A stretch of DNA of 64,000 nucleotides from Amphiscolops sp. MND2022 (Eukaryota), in NCBI GenBank assembly GCA_964187785.1, contig OZ076409.1, positions 35,588,001-35,652,000 of the forward strand. The letters are read 5' to 3'. A model generated the notes under the pieces. That model had not been told where the DNA came from. It saw only the letters and a program-made list of their open reading frames with translations, and ran no database searches. A program made the position numbers and the translations under genes. The stretch's first letter is position 1, and every line of letters begins with the position of its first letter. Of this stretch, positions 22,938 through 34,601 are shown piece after piece.

Positions 22938-23589
22938 ACCAAAAATTTTTGTCGTTGCAAAGTTTGGCGGTATCGACAGTACGACTTTTTCAGCACTGTG
23001 CGATTTCTCAAGTTTTTCCTTTATTGTTCGTTTTTACCCTGTTTCTACTTAGAAAGCAAGTTTTTAAGTTTTTACAGCCTGAAAAAAATCTGTAGATTTT
23101 TCGGGCACAATTCGACTTTCTAGAGAAGATTTTCCCATCATTATGGGTTCATTGTTTCCAGTTAGAGAAAAAGGGGTTCGACTCCGAAGAGCGCTTTTGT
23201 TTATTCGGCACTCTGGAATCTACGAGGTTTTCCTAAAAGCCACCCTGAAACATTCATTAGACTTTGCACTTTTTGGGCCTTGAGCCGGGCGCCGACTTAG
23301 GGACGTGTCCGTTTTGGTAGTTTAGTGGTTAGGGTGAGATGCTCTGTTTAGTGAAAGAGACCAAAGGGTTCCCATTTTGGATTTTTCCAGCACCGTGCGA
23401 ATAATCCCGTTTTTTTGTGAACTTTGAAATTTTTGAGATCATTTTTTGAACAATTTTTTCACAATTTTCAGTTTTTTGAGATTTTTTTTAAAACGGAAAA
23501 CAGTTTTCCCGATCCTTGAGAAGACCTTTTTGGATATTTTTCTGGTCCTTCGGAACTGATGAGAGATATTTCTCAGTATTGTGGAAAAA

Positions 23590-24565
23590 CAATGTATCAG
23601 TTTTTTATTTTCCGCCCATATTTCATATGGGAAAGGAAAATATTTAAATCAAACGGGTTTTTTTACAAAATTTGCCAAGAATTATTGTTTACCTAATATG
23701 AAGAAGTACATTCACAGAATTCAACTGACATAAATTGAGTTCCATGCGATATGTATTTGTAAAGATTTTTGGACTTTTTTGGGAATGACGGAAATGACCC
23801 CATAATGACCCAAAAATGTTCAAAACATTTCAAAAAAAATCACAAAAATTCAAAACTTTCCCAATTTTCACTGTTTTCATGCATTTTTTGCCATTTTTCG
23901 ATAAACATCGTCGATTAGAATGTTCAAAACGTTCAACAAGGCACGAATTCGTTGTCCAATAGTATTCTGAAGAGATAAATGCGGTTTTTTAAAAGAAAAA
24001 TTACCAAAAAAATGACAAAAATTCCAAAATTTTTCGACTTTTAACGTTTTAATGCAATTTTTGTCATTTTTTCGATAAACATCGTGGATTAGAATGTTGA
24101 AAACGTTCAACAAGGCACGAACTCGTTGTCCAATAGTATTCTTTAAGGAGATAAATGCGTTTTTTCAAAAAGAAAAATTACCCCAAAAATGATAAAAAAA
24201 TTCCAAAATTTTTCGACTTTTAACGTTTTTATGCAATTTTTGTCAAATTTTCGATTAGACTTCGTGGATTAGAATGTTGAAAACGCTCAGCGTGACAGGA
24301 ATGGCAGGAATTCGTTGTCCAGTATGCTTTTCCGAAGAGATAATGGCTGTTTTCTAAATGAAAAATATATCAATTGAAACCGAAAATGACAAAAAACCCA
24401 AAATTTTCCAATTTTCAAAGTTTTTATGCAATTTTTGTCAAATTTTCGACAGACTTCGTAGATTGGAATGTTGAAAAGAGTCAACAAGGAACAAATTTGT
24501 TGTCCAGTAGTCTTTTTCGAAGAGATTTGGGGCGGAAAATATCCCGCTGGTCCGCGGGCGTCTTG
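23590..24565 (+). mobile_element. Putative non-autonomous Helitron-like element with about 4 internal 174-194-bp tandem units
   Basis: The anchor TTAGAATGTT(C/G)AAAACG recurs near 23915, 24089, 24269 and 24463. The element ends with a CCCGC-TGGTCC-GCGGG hairpin (24543-24558) and CTTG|T. The 5' end is undefined. Confidence 0.55.
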
Positions 24566-25285
24566 TTGTATAAAAATATCAGTATTTAAATGACTCTTAA
24601 CGAATTTGCTGCCCCGGTATTTTTGATGGTTTCAATTTAAGAACCCGTTTGCAAACGTGAGAGGTTCCGTCTCTGGATGATTTCGCCACTGTGTGATGTT
24701 TTTTGAAAAAAAGTTCTTGAAAAAAAATCAAAATTAGGTTTTTGCGGTTTTTAGTTTGTCCTTTTAACCCTGAAATGCCCCCCGATGAAAAATGTCTGCT
24801 GTAACTCTGTACGAGACATTTAGCAGTTCCACTGAGTCTTTCGTTGTTATATACATTATATCGGATTATTTACTGACGTTCCAAGATCGTTTACCGGTTA
24901 ATTGGTGATTATCATTTACAATTGGTAAATGAAATTCGGGAGCTTACAAAAAATAAACTAGGTGTAAAGCTTGAAAGCTTCAGCTAAATTCTGAACTGAA
25001 GCTATTCTAAGCTTAGCATTTTAATCGCTAAGTTTGCAAATTACACAAATTTGGAAGACATCCGTTGAAAACTGGAATATTTCAAATAAACGACAAATTT
25101 CAAAGGATCGTTTCCAAAAATTTTGGTTCCACTTCATTTGAAGAAGGAACAAATCATATTACTGCCACTCGAACTTCAACTCGAATTACAGCCAGAAAAA
25201 AAATCAGGTATGGATGAGAAACGAACCCCGACATCTCACAAAGTGGGTATAGCAGTGTCCGGACACTTGCAACTAGATCACTTTA

Positions 25286-25401
25286 GCTGTTTTGGTATTG
25301 GTATGGCTATTTTGGTATTGACTATTTTGGCATATTGGATATTATGGCATTTGTTGTTTTGACCTTGGCTGTTTTGACTTTGGTTATTTTGTCCTGCCAC
25401 C
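25286..25401 (+). repeat. About 15-bp degenerate tandem repeats (GCTATTTTGGTATTG-like), probably subterminal repeats of a DNA transposon
   Basis: Seven to eight (G/A)CT(A/G)TTTTGG/GAC units ending GTCCTGCCACC. Confidence 0.6.
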
Positions 25402-25404
25402 TAT

Positions 25405-25772
25405 GGGAACATTTGCTACTATGTAGAACATTTGCTACTAGGCCATTTCCTACTACGACATTTTCTACAACATGCAAAATGTTACTAGGACATTTGCTAC
25501 AATTGAAGTTCGACTAAGCTATTACTGCTAACTGGCGTATTGGGTGCTACTGCAGAGTGAGTAGTGAAACCAATTTGAGACTTTAAAAAATGAAGTTTGC
25601 TGGAATTTGGCACAACATTGGTCAAAATTGCCGGTTAATCGAGTCGTTATAAGTGGATTTGCTTGTGTTTTCAGATTCAAAATCAGAAAATTTGACTAAC
25701 CGTCCCATATGTAACAGCTTATATCCCATAGCTAAAATTAGTAGCAAATAGACTCTAGTAGCAAATGTCCTG
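25405..25772. mobile_element. MITE-like element with inverted ends and subterminal ACATTTGCTACTA repeats
   Basis: The left end GGGAACATTTGCTACTA with about 5 tandem variants faces the right end TAGTAGCAAATGTCCTG, its approximate reverse complement. Confidence 0.45.
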
Positions 25773-25837
25773 TAACTGTAATAGCCAACTGGGTTACCGA
25801 ACGTGATAGCTGCCAAAAGTTCTCCGAGTATGGCACG

Positions 25838-25891
25838 AAGTGGGAAAATGGTATTGGGAGGTTATAACCTCCCAATACCATTTTCCCACTT
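25838..25891. repeat. Perfect 54-bp palindrome with no spacer
   Basis: AAGTGGGAAAATGGTATTGGGAGGTTA|TAACCTCCCAATACCATTTTCCCACTT; the 27-bp arms are exact reverse complements. Confidence 0.95.
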
Positions 25892-26265
25892 AGTTAAATT
25901 TCCTCCCTAATACGATTTCATCGAAATTTTTGTTAAACTCTATCATGAAAACTATTTCAAAAGATTCACGGCCTTTTTGGGCTGCCACTTTTCGATGATG
26001 ATTGCAATTTGTATCGAATGTTCTAATGAAACATGCAAAAAACTTAAAACACAGTGAAACGTACTCCTCTCAATGCCTCAGCGGTAAATCACAGAGAAAG
26101 TTTGTACATTCTATTGCACGTAACTTTTATAGAGTTTTTGTTTACTTTTTAGTTTACCATTGTGCTTTCAGATGAACTTCAAAACTATCCGTGGAGCGTA
26201 TAACGCTTTGATAATTGCATATGGAAACAGTTCGCTTGGACGTTTAGTAGAAGACAGCAACACAC

Positions 26266-26428
26266 TGCTTTTGTTATCTGAACAATAGAAGGGGACTTCA
26301 ATTCCAGTGAAAACCGGCGTAACGGCCTGCCATCCAGCGAAAATGTAGGCAACAAAAACCATAACAATTATCAATAATTGCGCTCTGCCCAAAGTTCCTG
26401 CTTTTTCGAAAGCTTCTTGAAATTCCAT
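26266..26428 (-). CDS. SLC22-like transporter exon 1 (start, TM1)
   Basis: MEFQEAFEKAGTLGRAQLLII...VFTGIEVPFYC resembles the M-x-F-(D/E)-x3-(E/K)-x-G-x2-GRxQ start of SLC22 proteins. The donor is taken as AGCA|GTGTGT (phase 1); an alternative donor is at 26169. Confidence 0.75.
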
Positions 26429-27116
26429 TTCATTAACTCCTTTCTGTTGGAAAAAAAGTCAACACACAATTGTGATTGCCAAACTGTAAATTCGATGAAT
26501 ATCTCAACACGATAAACGGACTAGAATGCAATAATTTAGGCTTCTTCGGTAAAGTTTTTCACAAAAATAATTAATGGGAGCACTTTTTGTAACTCATAAA
26601 TTGGAATCAAATAGAAATATAAAGTCATTCGAATATAAATGAGCATAAACATGATCATAAACAAATGATATAATAGACTCAATATGATATAAACTCAAGG
26701 TATAATTGGCAATAAATTGCAGCTAAACTTTGTCGGTCCATCAGACATTGCAGACGCCAATTAATGATTTTGATTCATGATTTTTTTTGTTTTAAATTAC
26801 ACAATGGGCAATGTAATTTAAAGAAAAATGTTTTCAAGAACTAAACAAGTTTTTTTTCGAACCCTATGAACGTGCTCTTGACTATAGTGGAGAGTGCTGA
26901 ACCAAAAAGTTCTGTAGCTTTTGAAAAAGTATGATGTCATTTTTTCAAACTGTACGAATGGTATCCGGCGAATAAAAAACTGACAAAATTTGCTTTATAA
27001 CTAAAGAAGCTATTTTTGGAAATGGTTTTCAGTTGCGTGAATGATCTCGGAGTCCTCCAGGGATTTCGTAAAAAAAAGTGTAGTCAGAAATGTCAAAATT
27101 GGAGAATTCAGTATTA

Positions 27117-27475
27117 CTAGGTGAACCATAAAAAACGGAACGTGGAAAAATTTTTGAGCACTCAAAGTTTCAAATATTTGTCAACAAATGCTTCAAAACA
27201 ACTCTGAACAATGCAATTCAACTTGTCAGCCATTCAATTTGACGTCTTTTGTTGGAAGCCGAGAAACTTTCACATATCAGAAGTGTGAACGAAATGACTG
27301 GTAAAGACGTCTAGACTTTTTTCTGAAGGTTCGGATCATTCTTTGTTAAAGATTTGATTACGTAATGAGAATGATTGACAGAGAAAACGTACGATTTTCA
27401 GTGTCTTGTTTACAAATATTACGATTTTCAAGAGTGTGAAAATTTTGTGCATTCCGTTTTTTTTGGTTCACCTAG
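27117..27475 (+). mobile_element. TA-flanked MITE, copy 1 (Tc1/mariner-type ends)
   Basis: TA|CTAGGTGAACCATAAAAAACGGAAC ... CATTCCGTTTTTTTTGGTTCACCTAG|TA. Confidence 0.8.
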
Positions 27476-27479
27476 TATA

Positions 27480-27787
27480 CTAGGTGAACCAAAAAAAACG
27501 GAATGCACAAAATTTTTTTAAGCTCTCAAAGCTTTAAATATTTGTAAACAAACAACTTTGAACGTTGCTGTCAATCATTCAAATTGATAACTTTTACTCG
27601 AAACAAAGGAAATTTCACCAATGTCTAGACTTCTTCTGAAGGTTTGAACCATCCTTAGTTGAAGATTTGATTACGTAAGAAGTGTTTCATTTCAATCAAT
27701 AGACAGAAAATTGATAGATGTTTGCAAACAATTCGATTTCGGTGACGAAATTTTTTTTGTTCGTTCTGTTTCTTTTGGTTCACCTAG
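27480..27787 (+). mobile_element. TA-flanked MITE, copy 2
   Basis: Same TIR CTAGGTGAACC...GGTTCACCTAG, separated from copy 1 by TATA, same internal orientation. Confidence 0.8.
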
Positions 27788-27789
27788 TA

Positions 27790-28111
27790 GTAGGTAAACC
27801 AAAAAAACGCTACGAACAAAAATTGTATTTGTGAACAAGACGCTCAAATTCTCTCAATTTCCTATCAATCGTTGAAGATGAAGCTCTCTCTTGTTACGTA
27901 AATGCATTTTCAACTGAGGATGGTTCGAGCCATTCGAAAAGTCTTTACTAGTCACTCGCTTTTGGTGATAAAATTCTGCTTCAAAGAAGTTGCCAACTTG
28001 AATGATTGACAGCAGCGTTCAAAGTTGCGAAACGTATTTGTCTGTTAACAAATATTCAAAACTTTGAGAGCTGGAATATTTTTGTGCGTTTCGTTTTTTT
28101 GGTTCACCTAG
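27790..28111 (-). mobile_element. TA-flanked MITE, copy 3 (inverted)
   Basis: GTAGGTAAACC...GGTTCACCTAG. The internal CAGCGTTCAAAGTTG...AAATATTCAAAACTTTGAGAGCT is the reverse complement of the copy-2 interior. Confidence 0.75.
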
Positions 28112-28144
28112 TGATTAAATTCGACAACCGTTTTTCAATGGTTG

Positions 28145-28329
28145 TGAAGTATTTCTAGAATAGGCTCAGGAAAAGAGATAAGAATCAATGATTACTCTAA
28201 ACGAAAAGTTACTGTAATGATGTAAACTTTTAGAGTATAGGCTAAGTGGTTGTTAGTAAACAAACTAAAAATAGCAACAGAGATACAGTGTTGTTTATCA
28301 ACAGTCTATTGAGTTTCTGCTATTCTACA
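28145..28329 (-). repeat. Gypsy-1 3' LTR
   Basis: 185 bp, TG...CA on minus, preceded by the PPT. Confidence 0.92.
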
Positions 28330-28391
28330 TTCCCCCTTCTGTAATTGGAGGAGAATCATCGAATGAGTATCCGTTGCTGTCCATTTTGGTG

Positions 28392-31300
28392 TTATGTTCG
28401 GTCGTCCGTCCATGGTCTGGTGATGTTTTCTCCGGTGTTCCGTGAGAAGCATGTTGTATATTCCGGTTGTGGGATAGTTGTACATATTGGGCGGTTTACT
28501 GGTCGTCCTCTTTGTCTTGTTCCGGCATTTCTTCCGTGCACTCCGGAAGTGGTGACAGGTTGAGTCGTTTTGCTGTGTTTCCTGTAATCAGATTGGTTAA
28601 CTGGATTATTTAGTCTAACAATTGGGTTTGTTTTCGTTAACGTCTTTGACCAGCGTAGGTTAGCATTTTCTAGTTGTTCTATGTCTTTCTCTATTTCGGT
28701 GCTAGAGCTTAGGTTGCTTGCTAGTTCTAGTTCTGATAAGTCTAGTTTATTTTCTTTGTTATTGTTATAAAATGTTACCTTACTGGAATTGTCTCTGATT
28801 TGGATTTCTGGCCCTGACTGTATGGAGTCTCTCATTGTTTGGTCTATGTCGGAATCCGACATTTGGTCCGTGTTTATGGTAAGTGTTCCCAGGGTTGTTT
28901 TGTTGGCCCGGTGCATTGTCCGAGGTTGCTGATGCTGTACGGTCAGCCGTGGCCTTCCTCCGCCAATTGTACCTGTCCGTTTAGTGGTAGGCGGTTCTGG
29001 GCTGGTATCCAGATCTTCTTCCGATTGGGATTTTTGGGGGGTAGTGTTGGCTTTGCTTTTGTTTCTTGGTGAATTTCCCGTCTGGTCCTCTTGGGCCGGT
29101 CAGTCTGTTTGTTGGTTCCTGATCAAATGTATTAATAGGTTTACTAATAAATTTACAGTGAATTATTTTGTTATCAGAGGTGGTCACTGTATGTTTTGTT
29201 CCGGTGACTGCCGTTTGTAAGTGTTCTGAATATGGGCATTCAAACTTTCCCTTCTGTATTTTTTTCGTTCGAAGAATTGAAACGGATATTTACTTACCGT
29301 TTTTGCTCCTTTTCTCTTTTGTTTCATTGGTAGATGGTCGGAACTACCGCCTTCTCCACTGAAAGTGTTTACCTCTAAAGTATCTGGTCTTGCTGCAATG
29401 AAATCATTGGTTATTGACTTGGTTTTGTCTAATTTAATCATGTTACTCCATTTCGTGTTCGGTTCCCTGCCAAAGTGTAGTTCGAATGCGGATTTTCTTA
29501 ACCTGTGTGTGGTGTTGTCCGCATTACGTTTAGAGCTAAGTTCAATGCTTTTCCGAATGGTTCTCCGGCCATAATATTAGTTAGGAGCTTTTCTTTCAAA
29601 GGTCGTACTCCTCGTTCTACTAGGCCGGTTGCGGTGTGGATATACGGTGTTTCGTATATGATTTTAATAAATTTGTTCTTGCGAAAATTTCTAAATTGAC
29701 GTCCGGTAAAATCTGTTGCCTTATGCGTTCTTATGGTTTTCGGTATACCGTTTAAGTTGCAGAATTGTTCTAGAAATTTTGTGGCCGTTTCTCCGTCTGT
29801 AGTTTTGCACAGACTGGCGGCTGACTTTGCTGTACCTGTCCATGGAGAGCAAGGTATAAAATCTACGGTTCTGGTCCGTGATTGGTCCAATGAAATCCAA
29901 TTGGATTTCTTCATTCGGTACGCTTATTGGAGTTAGGCTATTCTGTTCCGTTTTAAGTATGTTAGGTTTATTGTTCTTACCGGAAAGTTTTCATGGTATG
30001 CATTTGTCGCATTTCCGTTGTATCACTTCCGTCAATTTGGGCCACTAGAAGTGCTTTGCTGACAAGGTCATCTTGTTGATGGCTGGATGTTCTTTATGAA
30101 GTAGGCTTATGACGGTTGTTCGCAAGTTGATTGGCACGATAATTTTTCCTTCAAAGAGTACCAATCCATAACGCGTTGACAGTTGCTTTTTGTATAAGCT
30201 GTATTCGTCCGGGATGTTGTCATATTGTTGGCGTTCCAAGCAAACGAGTGTTTTTAGTAATTTGGGGTCGTTGGTTGTTTCGGTCATAAGCAATTATAGA
30301 TCCGTGGCGAATTCTTTTTCCGTTTTTCGGACGGTATTTTCCAAGTCCCAGTTATTTTGTTCGAGGGCTTGGACTTTCGTGGCGTGTCCCATCTTTATAT
30401 TTTAGACGCTCTTTACCCCAATGTAGTTCGCCCAGTTATTGGTGGGTACCTCCAGTACCAACGGTGCCAGTTCGGAGTTGCTGGAAGTTTCTCCTTCCTC
30501 CATGGGGATAGTTTCTTGTGTAACCGATTGAGGTCGCGATGAGCCCAATTGGTCTTTTGGTGTTCGTTGCGTGAACCCCCTTGGAAGTTTTGTGGCGAGG
30601 GGGCAGGGAATTGCCAATCCGCGGTATATTCATCCGATTGTTGTTGTCGGTGTGGACGTTATCGGATTTCCTTGGCCAATCTTTCTATTCTCCGGATTAT
30701 TTCGGATAGTCTTTCTTCTATTTCCCTTCTTTCTCCCCGATGAAATTTTGGTTCGTGGTATTTTTTCCACTTGCCGTTTGAGAGTCAGTATATACCTGGC
30801 TTTACAATCTTTTGCCATTACTCTATCAGATCATTTGTCTCCTGGGAGTGGTCTATTTTCTCCAGATTATCAATTATTTTGGCATCCATTGATCTGATTT
30901 CAACTTGATTTTGAAAGTTAGTGCTGCTTGTTGTGATGCGATAACGGCTGTTAATGGCGTTTTGTTCACGCGTGTATTTCGTTGACGGTTGCTTGTTTGC
31001 TTTTGTCCCTTTTGGCGTTCCGCTGCTCGATTGCGATTGGTTGAAATGGTTGCTAAGGCAACCAATTTTTGAAACAAAATTGTAGTGCGGTACTATGCTG
31101 CTGATTACGTATTTTTCTTCCTATGCTTCGTCTTGTTGTGGCGGTGCGTTTGGATTTCTACTCAAGTAATTTGTCAATGCTAGATGCTTTCCCGCGATAT
31201 GGTTACGTTAATTGTGAAATGCAATAATCGGTCTAACCACCGAGTTAAGCGGGCGCTGTACGTTTTATTTGAGCGGTTGCGTTTAATTAGTGGCTCTAAA

Positions 31301-33925
31301 GCTTGGTAATTGATCAGTAATTTTATAGGTTTACCGTAGATGTTTAAACGGAAATGTTCCAAGTTCTATACAACTGCCAATAAGTCTAGTTCATTATTGG
31401 CGTTTTTTTTCGGTATCCGATAGAAATCTGCTTGCAAATGCTATCGGTTTTAATTCGCCGTTATGCTGTTCTTGCCAGAGTGTTGCGCCTAAGCGTTTTG
31501 TGCTGGCGTCTGTAGTAATAGTATTTGGTAAATTGGAGCTGTAGTGTGCCAAATACGGTTTCTCCGTGATTGTTTTTTTTAATTACGTAAATACTTCGGA
31601 ATGTTCTGGTGTCCAATTCCATCATTTGTTGTTCTTTTTCACTAATTGTCTCAGTAAAGCCATTTGGGCTGACAAGTTTTCGATATAGTCTGACAAATAT
31701 TGAATTGCTCCCAAAAAGATTTTAGTTCTTTTTCGTTCTTTTGGTTCTTTTAGTTCTTGTAAGGCTTTAAGTTTGTCGTGCAACGAAATAATACCGTTTT
31801 GGTCAATTTTGAGTTCCCACTCATTCTATTTCGGATTTTAAAATTTCGGTTTTGTTTTCACTCAATCTATATCCTGCGTTTTCTAGTTTAGTTATTACGT
31901 CTATTAACTCACGTTTGTGTTGTTCTTTTGTTCCTTTTGTGACCACTAGTATGTCGTCTAACCACGCCGGTTGTTTGTTTTCCGGTGTTTTGTCGATTGT
32001 TTCTCGGAATATGGTCGGTATGTCTCCTAAACCGTAGAAGCCTTTTAAAAATCTATAGGAGCCGGTAAAGTTTCCTCCGGTTACCGCAGATATGCATAAA
32101 GCCATTGCATTCTTTGATAACGGTAGTTGATCGTACGCGTAATCCAGATCAAATTTGGATATCCATATCTCGTCTGCTTCTCCGTCGGCGATTTTTCTTG
32201 ACATTCTAGATATCAACTCCTTCATATTTGGCATTTGTGCTTTCCTTTTCTTGGTGATCTAATTGAGTTTCCGTGAGTCTAAAGCTATTTTTACCGTTTT
32301 GTCTTTTTTGATTGTGATAACGGCTGGACTGACGAAGCAATTTTCATCGATATCTGTAGCTTTTTCAATATGGCCGTTCTTCACTAGTTTTTCAATTTCT
32401 TTACCGACTGCCGGTTGTAGGTGAATCAGTATTGGTTGGCCCTTTTGTTGTATCAGTTTTGCGTCTGGTTTTATGGGATGTCTACTTCTACTCTTTTTAC
32501 TGTTTTGTTTTCATGGAATAGTTTTCCGAATTGTTTCTTCAGGTCAAGGATGTCCGGGTCTTCTTGGAAATTTTGAGTTCGTAAATTTGATTCTCGATGT
32601 TTAGCTTTATTCCCAGATGTTTCATCCAATCTAATCCGAGTGATGGGTTCGTTCTTTTTGTGGTAATCAGTTACTCTAGTTTTTTCTTTTCCCCGTCTAT
32701 TTCGATGTTTGCCATTACCTTCAAGTTTGATTTTGTTGTTGTTTACATCTTTGTATTCCTGATGGAGTGGTTACGTTGTTGTAATTCTATTGAATTTTTG
32801 TTTTGGTATGAGCGTGACCGGTGATCCGCTGTCCGCTGTATATTATGAATTTGATTGGACGGTTGTTGACCAATACCGTCACAGTAAAGAATGGTTGTCC
32901 GTCTTTGGATATTTGTCTTGTTGAATAGACCGTGTTGTTTATTGAGTGTATTTTGTTTGGTGTCCAGTTGTCTTCTTCTGCACTTGTAGCTTCGGAATCA
33001 TATTGAATATGTTTCATTCTTTGATCCGAATTTTGTTTTGATTGGCATAATCTTGTGTAATGACCAACTTTCCCGCAAATTTTTTGGTGGGCAAATTCTT
33101 CTCTGTCTTTGGTGGGCAGTCATGTGATTTATTCCAGTTCGGTGCCCCGCATCTAATACAGTCCACTTTTCTAATTTTGTTTTGTTTTTCCCTTTCGGGT
33201 TTTTGGTAGGTTCTTTTTCTATCCACATGTTTGATTTTGTTTCTTCTTCGGAATCGCTCGAATCGTTCATTTTTCATACATGTATTCGTGGATTGTATCG
33301 GTAATTGCTTCCACCGACATGTCTCCTTTCTTTGTTTTTTTCTTCAGGTCCTTGTCACCCGTCGTTTTTCCAATGACGGATAGGAATTTTGATGCGAGCA
33401 GTTCGGTTGCCGTTGTTTTTTCGAATTCGCAGCTCTTTTCAATTTCTAGAATGAGTTTCCATGTTTCTGCAGCTGATTCTCCCGGTTCTCGTTTTAGATT
33501 AAAAAAGTCTCCTCCGCTGTTGTGTTTGTTCCGCTCGGGAATGAAATGAAGTCTGAAAAGTGTGTAAAGTCGGTACAATGGTAAAGAATTTGGTTCCCTT
33601 TCTCTTACCGTCTTTGTAATTTCCGTGATTGCTGATTGACCAATCGCCCATATGAATACATCTTTAATTTCCTCCTCTAACTGTTCTCTGAATTGTGGTA
33701 ATATTCTTTGGAGTTGATCATTTTCGATAAGTTGATATCACGGGTCATTATGTTGTATTGGACGAATTTTCTCCGCCATAGTTTTGCACTGGTGTGGTCG
33801 TTCTTCTCAAGGATAGGAAAGGATAACTTTTGTGTAGATGTCCGTTCTACCGATCTTGTCGTTGTATTGTTTGGGATAGACTGGCTGCTGCTCTGTCCAG
33901 TTATGTTGCCGTCTTCGTCTTCCAT
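28392..33925 (-). pseudogene. Gypsy-1 gag-pol with multiple stops and frameshifts
   Basis: Fragments: DFFNLKREPGES (gag); PFFTVTVLVNNRPIKFII (protease); KFDLDYAY and PAWLDDILV (RT); TDAS region and LEPLIKRNRS (RNase H); LHKEHPAINKM; ETPYIHTATGLVERG (integrase). Confidence 0.9.
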
Positions 33926-33943
33926 TGTTTTGTTTAAATTGTT

Positions 33944-33953
33944 GACTGCGCCA
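33944..33953 (-). promoter_or_regulatory. Gypsy-1 primer-binding site, tRNA-Ser type
   Basis: TGGCGCAGTC directly after the 5' LTR CA, matching the 3' end of tRNA-Ser-type primers used by several gypsy families. Confidence 0.75.
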
Positions 33954-34138
33954 TGAAGTAATTCTAGAATAGGCTCAGGAAAAGAGATGAGAATCAATGT
34001 TTACTCTAAACGTAAGGTTACTGTTATGATCTAAACTTTTAGAGTATAGGCTAAGTAGTTGTTAGTAAACAAACTAAAAATAGCAAAGGAGATATAGTGT
34101 TGTTTATCAACAGTTTATTGAGTTTCTGCTATTCTACA
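33954..34138 (-). repeat. Gypsy-1 5' LTR
   Basis: 185-bp match to 28145-28329, about 93-94% identical by eye. Confidence 0.92.
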
Positions 34139-34601
34139 AGTAGTTTCAAAATTGGCTTGAAAAAGGCTTTACGGTCAAAATGACAACTAATTGTGGCATC
34201 TAAAACGCAATTGATGGTTACTTTTGTATGTCACTGGGTGAACGAACATAACGCAAAGGCATTTTTTTGGGATTTCATTTTCCGAACAAATGGTCAACAA
34301 CTCTTGCGAAACGTTTGAAAATTACTCCTATTTTTAAGTGACCTGCAAAATCGGTGCATGTAAAAACTTCGCAAAACTCCAAGTTTACAATAGTCAGTAA
34401 GATGTCAAAAATTTTCCTAAGTTCATTTTGTCACTCGTCAATTATTCAGAACAGAATAATGTCTCGAAGACACCATCAGACAAATTTGACTGGCGCTTTG
34501 ATTCAGCTCACCCTTTATTTTGACGTTTCGTTTATTCATAATTGGTTCTGGATTTGGGTACAAAACGGTTCAAGCATGGTTCGAATCATCAAAAAAGCCT
34601 A

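Larger units (their letters stand above)
28145..34138 (-). mobile_element. Full-length but decayed Ty3/Gypsy LTR retrotransposon (Gypsy-1)
   Basis: 185-bp LTRs (TGTAGAATAG...TACTTCA on minus) with about 12 differences, a PBS, the PPT AGAAGGGGGAA (28330-28340), and the order gag-PR-RT-RH-IN. Confidence 0.92.

Noticed and set aside
28340-29200. env-like gene after Gypsy integrase (also 51632-52265)
   Set aside because: Ser/Thr/Pro-rich low-complexity continuation of the pol C-terminus, with no signal peptide or transmembrane segment.
28140-34143. Target-site duplication of Gypsy-1
   Set aside because: The flanks GGTTG and AGTAG match at only 3 of 5 positions, too weak to call.
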